Assembly: GCA_045593985.1 (NCBI GenBank) | Contig: JAZNXR010000107.1 | Coordinates: 1 to 55,230, forward strand | DNA length: 55,230 nucleotides | DNA from: Eubacteriales bacterium | GTDB taxonomy: Bacteria > Bacillota > Clostridia > Oscillospirales > CAG-272 | Direction: 5' to 3' | Shown: one piece after another, positions 9,338 through 16,611 of the stretch | How the letters are laid out: the number at the start of each line of letters is the position of its first letter | How positions within the stretch are numbered: position 1 is the first letter of the stretch | Notes under the pieces: model-generated | Database searches by the model: none | What the model was told of the DNA's origin: nothing | Seen by the model: only the letters and a program-made list of their open reading frames with translations | Translations under genes and position numbers: made by a program

Positions 9338-10417
9338 ATGAAAAGACTGATATTGATTGCAATTGCTGCTTTTACGGTCTGTGTTCTTTGCGCTTGCGCG
9401 GGCGGCGGTGACGTTGTCGAAACTACCGAGCTTCCGATCATCATTGGCGTAAAGAGCAATATCACCGTTTATGAGGATGATCCTCAGGAGCTTATTCTTA
9501 ATGCGCTTACCGACGGCGTTCTGACGGAGGGCGGGAAATCCTTTGAGGTTAAGTACAAGATACTGTCACGAGAGGACGGAAGCGAGATCACCGAGCTTAA
9601 GGCGGGGCATTACGATGTTCGCTATTACTGCGATGATCCTGCTATTGAGGTTGTTAAATCCTCTCTGACGATCAAGCCCGCGGATACGACCGCGCCTGTG
9701 TTTACGGGAATAAAGGATCTCGTTGTGAATCTTGGAGAGACCGTCTCCTACCGTGACGGCGTTACCGTTACCGATAACGATGACACGGGTATTACCTATG
9801 CGATCGATGCGACGAAGGTCGATCTTACTCGTCTTGGACTTTACGACGTGACCTATACCGCAACCGACAAGAGAGGTAACACGACAACCGTAACCGCAAA
9901 GGTTTCGGTTATCGAGCCGCTTGAAAACGGCGGGGATTCCCCCGTCTGTACAAGGGAGGAGCTTGATGCTCTCTGCCGCAGTATTCTCGACAGCATCATC
10001 ACGCCCGGAATGACGGACAGAGAAAAGGCGGAGGCGATTTATAACAGAGCGTATAAAATAAAGTACGTCTCCACCGAGGATGATCCTAACTGGGTAGTAA
10101 ACGCTTGGCGAGGTCTTACGACAAACAAGGGCGACTGCGTCAATCACGCCGCTGCTTCAAAGGCGCTTCTTACTATGGCGGGAATACCCAACTACCAGCT
10201 CGAGCGCGTCGGCGGTACGTCTGACCACTATTGGCTCATCGTTTGTATCGACGGTCAGTGGTATCATTTCGACGCTTGTCCCACCTCGAAAAAATATCCC
10301 TTCAAGTGCTTCCTCAAAACCGATTCAGAGGTCAAGGAATATTCCGATTCCAGAACAGACAAACCGAATTATTACGGCTACGATAAGGAAAACTGTCCTT
10401 ACGATGTAGTTGATTGA
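9338..10417 (+). CDS. Lipoprotein with an Ig-like (DUF5011-like) domain and a C-terminal transglutaminase-like Cys protease core
   Basis: Lipobox VLCACAGG. Ig-like segment APVFTGIKDLVVNLGETVSYRDGVTVTDND. Cys motif GDCVNHAAASKALLTMAGIP, then DHYWLIVCIDGQWYHFD supplying His and Asp. Confidence 0.8.
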   Translation: MKRLILIAIAAFTVCVLCACAGGGDVVETTELPIIIGVKSNITVYEDDPQELILNALTDGVLTEGGKSFEVKYKILSREDGSEITELKAGHYDVRYYCDDPAIEVVKSSLTIKPADTTAPVFTGIKDLVVNLGETVSYRDGVTVTDNDDTGITYAIDATKVDLTRLGLYDVTYTATDKRGNTTTVTAKVSVIEPLENGGDSPVCTREELDALCRSILDSIITPGMTDREKAEAIYNRAYKIKYVSTEDDPNWVVNAWRGLTTNKGDCVNHAAASKALLTMAGIPNYQLERVGGTSDHYWLIVCIDGQWYHFDACPTSKKYPFKCFLKTDSEVKEYSDSRTDKPNYYGYDKENCPYDVVD

Positions 10418-10430
10418 TAGGAGATTTATT

Positions 10431-10952
10431 ATGAAGAAGATTTTAGTGATAGTATTGAGTGTTGTCCTTACTCTTTGTTTTGCTTCCTGCACCACGACTC
10501 CCGTTGATAACGGAGGAAGCGGCTCAAATGGCGGAGGCTCTTCAAAGGCGAGCAAGTATTTCTTTACCGTTACAAGCAAGGATAATTACGAAGTCAAGAT
10601 CGACGCAGATATGGCGGATGTTCTTAACGCACTCGGTGAGCCGCTTTCGTATTTTGAGGCGGCGTCCTGCGCCTTTGACGGCCTTGATAAGACCTATACC
10701 TATGCGGGCTATATGGTTCTCACCCGTCCTGACGGAAGCAAGGATTTCGTTAACTCGGTAATTCTTACCGACGACAGCGTGCAGACTCCCGAGGGAGCAT
10801 ATATCGGCATGACCGCCGATGCCGTTAAGGGCATCTACGGAAAGCCCGGCGAAGAGACCGCTACGCTTCTTTCCTATACTGATGAAAACACCACGCTTAA
10901 CTTTATACTCAAGGATGCGAAGGTTATTTCAATAGAGTACATTCCTGCCTGA
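10431..10952 (+). CDS. Lipoprotein, unknown function
   Basis: MKKILVIVLSVVLTLCFASC lipobox. AGGAG lies 8 nt upstream of the ATG at 10431. The ORF is open from 10410. Confidence 0.7.
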   Translation: MKKILVIVLSVVLTLCFASCTTTPVDNGGSGSNGGGSSKASKYFFTVTSKDNYEVKIDADMADVLNALGEPLSYFEAASCAFDGLDKTYTYAGYMVLTRPDGSKDFVNSVILTDDSVQTPEGAYIGMTADAVKGIYGKPGEETATLLSYTDENTTLNFILKDAKVISIEYIPA

Positions 10953-10985
10953 CAGATCAATATTACCCGGAAAGTGACAATAATT

Positions 10986-11555
10986 ATGAAGAAGATCAGC
11001 TTTGCTAATTCAGATTGGAATGGAGCGCTTGATGTTGCCTACTCCTTTCGATTTACCGAAAATCCGAAGTTTACGCAGAAGGACGGATATATTACGACTA
11101 CCGTAAACAAGGAGCACCGTGAGGGCTTTGACAATATCAGCCTTATTACGAAGGAAAAGTATGGCGCAGGCGTTAAGGCGACCTTGCGCTGCGCCTTTGA
11201 GGATATCGGATGCCCCGAAATTATTATCGTGCCGAACGTCGAAGCTTGCGAGGACGGCGAAACCCGATACGGCGCTTGCTTTGAGATCGTGCTTTGGAAG
11301 AACGGAATTAACGTATGGCGTCATTTCAGAGATGACGGGAGATGTCACTGGCATCTGCGCCTCGGCAATGAATTCGATGTTACCGAAAACGATATTCACA
11401 CTCTTACCGTTGCGGTTGAGGAAAACTATCTTTCGGTTGACGTTGACGGAAGAAGCTTCCGCCTTCGTGTTGAGGATCTGCCTGAGAGCTTCCACATCGG
11501 TGTTACCGGCTGCGAGGGTATCGTCCGTCTTTACGACTATACCGTTGAAGCATAA
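10986..11555 (+). CDS. Hypothetical cytoplasmic protein
   Basis: 190-aa ORF, last in the co-directional array, with coding-like composition. The start is ambiguous (GTG 10974 or ATG 10986). I recognised no motif. Confidence 0.55.
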   Translation: MKKISFANSDWNGALDVAYSFRFTENPKFTQKDGYITTTVNKEHREGFDNISLITKEKYGAGVKATLRCAFEDIGCPEIIIVPNVEACEDGETRYGACFEIVLWKNGINVWRHFRDDGRCHWHLRLGNEFDVTENDIHTLTVAVEENYLSVDVDGRSFRLRVEDLPESFHIGVTGCEGIVRLYDYTVEA

Positions 11556-11579
11556 ATATAAGGAACTGGCTGACAAATG

Positions 11580-11614
11580 AAAAACGCCTTCGTGAAGAAG
11601 GCGTTTTTATTTTT
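11580..11614. terminator. Bidirectional rho-independent terminator
   Basis: AAAACGCCTTC / GAAGGCGTTTT stem with an A-run on one side and a T-run on the other. It lies between convergent genes. Confidence 0.85.
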
Positions 11615-11615
11615 A

Positions 11616-12296
11616 TCAGAAATTCAGCTTTGCCTTTGCGGCGCTTTCCGCCTGCTCGAATCTTGCTTTCAGCTCGTCGCTTAAGCGCTTATATTCCTCT
11701 GCCGATTCTGCGGAGAGAGCGTTCAGGCTTTTTACGTATTCCTCGGTAAGGGCTGCAAGCTCCTTCTTTGTCGTTTCGGTCATGATTCTTGCCGAAACAG
11801 CGGCGTCAAAGCGGATGCTTTCCGCTGCCTTCTCGGCTTCTGCAATTTTCTTGCGGCTTTCCTCCTCAGCATCGGAGAGAAGCTTCTGCGCATCGAGATT
11901 TGCCTTTACGAGGATGCTTCCGAGCTTCGTTTCGGCTTCGGAAATCGAGACGTCTGCTTTTTCGGCCTCGGTGACGGGGGCGCTCTTTGCTTCCTCAAGC
12001 TCTGCCTGTGCTTTTTCCAGCTCTGCCTTGGCGGAGGACAATTCGCCTTCAAGCTCGGCAAGTCTTGCCTGCGCTTTTTCAAGCTTGGCCTTTACCGCTT
12101 CAAGCTCCTCTGCCTTTTCTGCGTTTGCCTTGAGCTTTTCTATATCCTGCTCGAGCATTCTTACCGTGCTGATATAGCGGTTTTCCGCTGTCGTGAAGCG
12201 GATATTCATATCCTCTATATAGCGGTGAACGTCTTCTTTGTTATATCCCTTATGGGATTTTCTGAACATTACCATTTCTTTTGCGGAGATTTTCAT
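11616..12296 (-). CDS. DivIVA-domain coiled-coil protein
   Basis: N-terminal FRKSHKGYNKEDVHRYIEDM resembles the DivIVA motif. The remainder is an A/E/K-rich coiled coil. Confidence 0.75.
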   Translation of the reverse strand: MKISAKEMVMFRKSHKGYNKEDVHRYIEDMNIRFTTAENRYISTVRMLEQDIEKLKANAEKAEELEAVKAKLEKAQARLAELEGELSSAKAELEKAQAELEEAKSAPVTEAEKADVSISEAETKLGSILVKANLDAQKLLSDAEEESRKKIAEAEKAAESIRFDAAVSARIMTETTKKELAALTEEYVKSLNALSAESAEEYKRLSDELKARFEQAESAAKAKLNF

Positions 12297-12333
12297 AATC
12301 TGACCGTCCGTTTACTTAATATTTCGTGATTTT

Positions 12334-12362
12334 ATGATACCTTAAAACTTATTCGTTGTCAA
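12334..12362 (-). promoter_or_regulatory. Sigma-A type promoter for the DivIVA-domain gene
   Basis: On the minus strand: TTGACA (12362-12357), 17-nt spacer, TATCAT (12339-12334). Confidence 0.55.
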
Positions 12363-12423
12363 TAGGGAAGCCGTATATACTATTAGGTTATCCCGATTAA
12401 TGGTGATAACAGCGCCTGATATG

Positions 12424-12525
12424 CCTCGCCCTACGGGAGAGGTGCCGGTCGGAGACCGGCGGAGAGGGTTAATGAGCCTTTTCCCTCTCACCCGACTTCG
12501 TCGGGAGCTCCCCCAAAGGGGGAGC
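12424..12525. repeat. GC-rich five-hairpin intergenic element
   Basis: Five consecutive hairpins. H1: CCTCGCCC/GGGAGAGG. H2: CCGGTC-gga-GACCGG. H3: GAGAGGG-14nt-CCCTCTC. H4: CCCGAC-ttc-GTCGGG. H5: GCTCCCCC-aaa-GGGGGAGC. Confidence 0.7.
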
Positions 12526-12536
12526 CTTGTCGAGTT

Positions 12537-14027
12537 TTACTGCTTGTGATACAGCTTTTTGGAGGTGTATTTCGGCTCGCAGGTTATATTGATGCCGAGC
12601 TTTCTGAAGGAGTCCTCGTCCGACTGCGGAAGAATTACCGTTGAATGAGCCTCGCAGCCACGCAGATCCGTCAGATGAGCAAGAGCCATTCTCGAATTTT
12701 CGTCAAAGCTTGCGCTTATCGCAAGTGCGATCAGCACCTCGTCGGAATGCAAGCGGGGGTTGTGATTTCCGAGCACGCCTGTTTTCAGCTCCTGAATCGG
12801 CTTGATTACCGATTCGCTTATAACGTCGGTGTTCTTATCAATTCCTGACAGCGCCTTCAGCGCATTCAGCAGAAGCGCTGCTGACGGGCCGAGAAGGGAG
12901 GAGGTCTTTCCTGTTACGATCCTGCCGTCGGGGAGCATAAGCGCCGATGCGGGCTTGTCTGTTTCCTCGGCTTTTGCCTTTGCGGCGGAGACAACGGCAC
13001 GATCGTCTGTTGTTACTCCCGCCTGGTTCATAACGAATTCGATCTTTGTTATTGCTGCGTTGCTTGACGAGCCGCTTTTGAGACCGTCGCAGAGGATTTT
13101 GAAATATCTGCGTATGATCTCGTCCCTTGAAGCGTTTCTTACGATATCCTCGTCGGATATGCAGAAGCCCGCCATATTTACGCCCATATCGGTCGGAGAC
13201 TTATACGGACATTTTCCGTAGATCTTTTCAAAGATCGCACGGAGAACCGGGAAGTTTTCGACGTCTCTGTTATAGTTAACGGTTACCTTGCCGTATGCTT
13301 CAAGGTGGTATGGATCGATCATATTAACGTCATTCAAGTCGGCAGTCGCCGCCTCGTATGCGAGATTTACCGGGTGAGACAGAGGGAGATTCCAGATAGG
13401 GAAGGTCTCGTATTTGGCGTAGCCCGCCTTGATGCCTCGAAGGTTTTCGTGATATAGCTGGGAAAGACAGGTTGCCATTTTTCCGCTTCCCGGGCCGGGA
13501 GCAGTTACTACAACGAGGGGACGCTCGGTTTCGATATACTCGTTTTTGCCGAGTCCTTCGGGGCTGACAACGTGCTTGACGTTGAGCGGATAGCCTTCGA
13601 TCGGATAATGGAGATAGACCTTGACGCCGAGTCTTTCGAGACGCTCCTTGAAGGCAACGGCACTTCTTTGACCTGTGAATCGGCTTATAACGATGCTTCC
13701 GACGTAGAGGCCTGCGTCACGGAATGCATCTATGAGCCTGAGGACGTCTGCATCATAGGAGATGCCGATGTCGGAGCGAATTTTCTGGTTTTCGATATCG
13801 GAGGCGCTGATAACGATGACCATTTCGACTCTGTCTGCCATATTGAGCAGCATTTTGAGCTTGATGTCGGGGGCAAAGCCCGGCAGTACACGGGATGCGT
13901 GATAGTCGTCGAAAAGCTTTCCGCCGAATTCAAGGTAGAGCTTTCCGCCGAAATCGTTTATTCTTTTCGCAATCATTTCAGACTGTTTTTTGATATACAA
14001 GTCGTTATTAAAGCCAAGTGTCTGCAT
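12537..14027 (-). CDS. DUF1846 (UPF0371) family protein
   Basis: N-terminus GFNNDLYIKKQSEMI...KLYLEFGGKLFDDYHASRVLPGF is characteristic of the family. GGAGG lies 7 nt upstream of the ATG. Confidence 0.85.
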   Translation of the reverse strand: MQTLGFNNDLYIKKQSEMIAKRINDFGGKLYLEFGGKLFDDYHASRVLPGFAPDIKLKMLLNMADRVEMVIVISASDIENQKIRSDIGISYDADVLRLIDAFRDAGLYVGSIVISRFTGQRSAVAFKERLERLGVKVYLHYPIEGYPLNVKHVVSPEGLGKNEYIETERPLVVVTAPGPGSGKMATCLSQLYHENLRGIKAGYAKYETFPIWNLPLSHPVNLAYEAATADLNDVNMIDPYHLEAYGKVTVNYNRDVENFPVLRAIFEKIYGKCPYKSPTDMGVNMAGFCISDEDIVRNASRDEIIRRYFKILCDGLKSGSSSNAAITKIEFVMNQAGVTTDDRAVVSAAKAKAEETDKPASALMLPDGRIVTGKTSSLLGPSAALLLNALKALSGIDKNTDVISESVIKPIQELKTGVLGNHNPRLHSDEVLIALAISASFDENSRMALAHLTDLRGCEAHSTVILPQSDEDSFRKLGINITCEPKYTSKKLYHKQ

Positions 14028-14057
14028 GGTGCCGCCTCCGAAAAATAATACGAAATC

Positions 14058-14086
14058 ATTGTAGCATATTTTGGGGTGATAGTCAA
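14058..14086 (-). promoter_or_regulatory. Sigma-A type promoter for the DUF1846 gene
   Basis: On the minus strand: TTGACT (14086-14081), 17-nt spacer, TACAAT (14063-14058). Confidence 0.55.
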
Positions 14087-14140
14087 CGGGTTTTGAGGTT
14101 TTTATTCTAACTTTATTTAATGCCCGAGGCTTTTGGGCAT

Positions 14141-14174
14141 AAAAAGAAAACCGCTTCGGAAAGAAGCGGTTTTG
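14141..14174 (-). terminator. Rho-independent terminator
   Basis: AAAACCGCTTC / GAAGCGGTTTT stem, followed by a T-run on the minus strand. Confidence 0.8.
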
Positions 14175-14178
14175 CGCT

Positions 14179-14580
14179 TTATTTTATAAATCTGAAATGT
14201 CCGACAAGCGGCATATCAACTGCCCTGCCTCTTGCGGCGAAGGAGCCTTGAAGCACTATAAGAAAGAGGGCAAGCAGGCCGACTGCAATAAATAGAATGA
14301 ACTTTATTACTGTGAAGATGATGCCGATAAAGGGAATCAAGGAAAGAAGGCCGAAGAGCCACGAGGTAAGAAATCCTATTACGAGCAGGATAAGCTCGAT
14401 GATCAGCATTATCAGCCCTTGATTTGCCCAGAATTTTCCGAATTTTGAGTCGGGAGCAGATACGAGTGGCAAGAAGAAGAGAAGTCCCGAGCAAGCGCAT
14501 GCGGATTCGATCTTGCAGCATTTACGGTCGTCGGGGTGGAAACGCTTTGTGTGTTCCTTTGCCTTTAAGCTGAACTTCAT
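14179..14580 (-). CDS. Small polytopic membrane protein with a Cys-rich N-terminus
   Basis: 133 aa with 3-4 hydrophobic segments and N-terminal CCKIESACAC. AGGAG SD upstream. Consensus promoter at 14631-14659. Confidence 0.7.
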   Translation of the reverse strand: MKFSLKAKEHTKRFHPDDRKCCKIESACACSGLLFFLPLVSAPDSKFGKFWANQGLIMLIIELILLVIGFLTSWLFGLLSLIPFIGIIFTVIKFILFIAVGLLALFLIVLQGSFAARGRAVDMPLVGHFRFIK

Positions 14581-14630
14581 TTTTCTGCTCCTTTCGGTGG
14601 ATTTCGACGTTTATCGATTGTCGGACTGTT

Positions 14631-14659
14631 ATTATACCGCAAAAAGCTCGCTTTGTCAA
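14631..14659 (-). promoter_or_regulatory. Consensus sigma-A promoter for the membrane protein gene
   Basis: On the minus strand: TTGACA (14659-14654), 17-nt spacer, TATAAT (14636-14631). Confidence 0.65.
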
Positions 14660-14710
14660 GAACGGGTGTTTGATATTCGAAAAATATTTCAAAAACTTGT
14701 CAAAAACCTA

Positions 14711-14739
14711 TTGACAAAGGAAAATTGCCGTGTTATAAT
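14711..14739 (+). promoter_or_regulatory. Consensus sigma-A promoter of the infC-rpmI-rplT operon
   Basis: TTGACA (14711-14716), 17-nt spacer, TATAAT (14734-14739). Confidence 0.7.
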
Positions 14740-14744
14740 GAGTC

Positions 14745-14905
14745 GTCTAAAAAAGAAGCAGAGCGTTGCTCTCACCGTCAGATTACGTTTGCCGGTTGAT
14801 ATCCTATCTGTCCGCTTGATGCGGTTATTGTTGCACGGGATTTGTTTCTTGACGCCCGCGCATTTTTTGTTTTTATGCGGGAAACGTAATTTTCGGAGGT
14901 GTTTT
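14745..14905 (+). promoter_or_regulatory. 5' leader of the infC operon, a candidate L20-type ribosomal protein leader
   Basis: About 165 nt of untranslated leader between the promoter and the infC SD, containing several short hairpins. Firmicute infC operons are known to carry an L20 leader. The structure was not verified here. Confidence 0.35.
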
Positions 14906-14908
14906 ACC

Positions 14909-15496
14909 ATAGCAGCGAAAGGCAACTCAAAGGATATGACAATTAACGAGGCGATCTTCTCTCTCCCAGGCTTTAGCCGTCAGAAGCAGGTCCGTGTAAT
15001 CGGCCCGGATGGCGAACAGATCGGCGTTATCAGTGCTATAAACGCACTTGAAAACGCTTACGACAAGGGATACGATCTCGTTCTTATCGCACCGCAGGGC
15101 GATCCGCCCGTATGTCGCATTATGGACTACGGAAAGTTCCGCTTTGAGCGTGACAAGAAGGAGAAGGAAGCAAGAAAGAAGCAACAGGTCGCAGAAATCA
15201 AGGAGATCCAGCTTTCCTGCCACATCGACGTCAACGACTTCAACACGAAGGTCAACCATGCTCTCCGTTTCCTTTCGAACGGCGACAAGGTCAGAGTAAT
15301 GGTGAGGTTCAGAGGACGTCAGCTCAGCCATACTGAGCTCGGTGTTGAGCTTCTCAAGAAGTTTGAGGAGGCGTGCGCCGAAAAGGGTAGCGTTGATAAG
15401 CAGCCCGCAATGGAGGGCAGATCAATGATCATGTTCCTCTCTCCCATCAAGCCCGGCAAGACCAAGCCGAAGGCGGAGGATAAACCCACCGAATAA
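14909..15496 (+). CDS. infC: Translation initiation factor IF-3, probable non-canonical ATA start
   Basis: Conserved core VRVIGPDGEQIGV...PPVCRIMDYGKFRFERDKKEKEARKKQ. GGAGG (14895-14899) is 9 nt upstream of the in-frame ATA at 14909. The first in-frame ATG (14936) has no well-spaced SD. Confidence 0.85.
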   Translation: MAAKGNSKDMTINEAIFSLPGFSRQKQVRVIGPDGEQIGVISAINALENAYDKGYDLVLIAPQGDPPVCRIMDYGKFRFERDKKEKEARKKQQVAEIKEIQLSCHIDVNDFNTKVNHALRFLSNGDKVRVMVRFRGRQLSHTELGVELLKKFEEACAEKGSVDKQPAMEGRSMIMFLSPIKPGKTKPKAEDKPTE

Positions 15497-15590
15497 CCGT
15501 CGCTTTGCGACAAACGGGTAGACTTCGACGGTGACCGAGGTCGGTATTCGCCCGAAAAAATACAGAAGTCATCGGGAAATGGAAAACAAA

Positions 15591-15782
15591 ATGGCTAAGA
15601 TCAAGACACATAAGGCATCATCCAAGAGATTTTCTCTCACCAAGAGCGGTAAGGTTAAGTTCAACCACATCAACCGCCGTCATCAGACCAACCTTAAGAC
15701 AACCAAGCGCAAGAGACACCTCCGTAAGGCAGGATACTTAAGCGAATCCATGGCTCCCAACGTAAGAGCAATGATCGGTTGA
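15591..15782 (+). CDS. rpmI: 50S ribosomal protein L35
   Basis: MAKIKTHKASSKRFSLTKSGKVK... matches L35. An alternative ATG exists at 15579. Confidence 0.9.
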   Translation: MAKIKTHKASSKRFSLTKSGKVKFNHINRRHQTNLKTTKRKRHLRKAGYLSESMAPNVRAMIG

Positions 15783-15813
15783 TCAAGTACCAAAAATCAG
15801 GAGGAATTAAGAA

Positions 15814-16167
15814 ATGGCAAGAGTAAAGGGTGCGGTTACTACCCGCGCAAGAAGAAATAAAGTTCTCAAGCTCGCAAAGGGTTACTGGGGTTCCAAGTCC
15901 AAGCACTTCAAGATGGCTAAGCAGGCCGTAATGAAGAGCGGCAACTATGCTTTCGCAGGCAGAAAGATGAAGAAGAGAGACTTCCGTTCTCTCTGGATCA
16001 CTCGTATCTCTGCGCAGGCAAAGGTTAACGGTATGAACTATTCTCAGTTCATGCACGGCCTTAAGCTCGCAGGTATCAACCTCAACAGAAAGATGCTCGC
16101 AGAGCTTGCAGTTTCCGATAAGGCAGCTTTCGCAGCGCTTGTTGAAAAGGCAAAGGCAGCTAAATAA
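15814..16167 (+). CDS. rplT: 50S ribosomal protein L20
   Basis: [29 protein letters not shown]... matches L20. AGGAGG SD upstream. Confidence 0.95.
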   Translation: MARVKGAVTTRARRNKVLKLAKGYWGSKSKHFKMAKQAVMKSGNYAFAGRKMKKRDFRSLWITRISAQAKVNGMNYSQFMHGLKLAGINLNRKMLAELAVSDKAAFAALVEKAKAAK

Positions 16168-16179
16168 GAATCAGAGCTT

Positions 16180-16206
16180 AAAAACCCGGCTTCGCCCGGG
16201 TTTTTG
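16180..16206 (+). terminator. Rho-independent terminator of the infC operon
   Basis: ACCCGGC-ttc-GCCCGGGT stem with one bulge, followed by TTTTT. Confidence 0.75.
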
Positions 16207-16237
16207 CTATATTTATGTTGGGTAGATTGAACGTCAT

Positions 16238-16545
16238 CTTGCCTTCCCTCAGGGTAAGGTAAGAGATAAACCTCGGATGAGGTGTAGGCGGCAACACCGC
16301 CGTTGTAGGGTGCGACGTCCTTTGCGCACCGCCCAAAACGATGTTACATTATTTCCAAACGGACAGTCGGGGACGCCTGTCCCTACAAATAACGTGGCAA
16401 AGAATACGGGCGTTGTCTTGCCTTCCCCTCAGGGGAAGGTGTCGAGCGAATGCGAGACGGATGAGGTGTAGGATGCGGAGCAACCGTATATCAAAAGCAA
16501 AGTAACATCGATTTTATGCGGACGGTCGAGGACGCCCGTCCCTAC
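16238..16545. repeat. Two tandem ~180-bp mosaic repeat units built from GC-rich hairpin modules
   Basis: Three shared modules. First: CTTGCCTTCCC(C)TCAGGG(G/T)AAGGT at 16238 and 16417. Second: CGGATGAGGTGTAGG at 16274 and 16458. Third: GGACAG...CTGTCCCTACAA at 16361 versus GGACGG...CCGTCCCTACAA at 16520. Confidence 0.8.
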
Positions 16546-16611
16546 AATGATGCGGCAAATAGAGTGCAAATGAACGGAGTGAGCATCTCACTCAATCATA
16601 AGGAGAAAAAT

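Noticed and set aside
7651-9465. A 604-aa ORF on the minus strand, fully antisense to the AsnB-family gene.
   Set aside because: Its codons occupy the same triplets as the sense frame (both have their lowest coordinate at 1 mod 3). Antisense stops can therefore only arise from sense TTA, CTA or TCA codons, which this genome evidently avoids in favour of CTT/CTC/CTG and TCG/TCC/AGC. It has no SD, its composition is odd, and the sense strand has unmistakable AsnB motifs.
7486-10417. An AsnB homologue plus a transglutaminase-like protein as lasso-peptide C and B enzymes. This was tempting because PqqD and kinase genes lie 16 kb away.
   Set aside because: The AsnB protein retains the Cys-2 glutaminase nucleophile typical of true amidotransferases. 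The TGase protein has a lipoprotein signal and an Ig-like domain, so it is extracellular. There is no precursor ORF or PqqD adjacent, and both genes sit inside an envelope-modification operon.
11782-12177. A 131-aa Ser/Ala-rich ORF on the plus strand inside the DivIVA-domain gene.
   Set aside because: It is the antisense reading of an A/E/K-rich coiled-coil coding region. It has no SD, and the minus-strand gene has the promoter, the DivIVA motif and the terminator.
14513-14908. A 132-codon upstream extension of the infC ORF starting at ATG 14513.
   Set aside because: It would run through a consensus promoter (14711-14739) and the leader, and would overlap the divergent membrane-protein gene start. 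IF-3 homology begins only near 14909.
16277-16471. A 64-aa ORF (MRCRRQHRRCRVRRPLRTAQ...) and the N-terminal extension of the ORF at 16516.
   Set aside because: Both read through the GC-rich hairpin repeat modules, which makes the Arg/Pro/Gly-rich product an artefact. The real methyltransferase start, with an AGGAG SD, is at 16612.
16238-16545. Possible CRISPR array.
   Set aside because: There are only two units of about 180 bp. The repeated parts are interrupted mosaics rather than short identical repeats with unique spacers, and the window has no cas genes.
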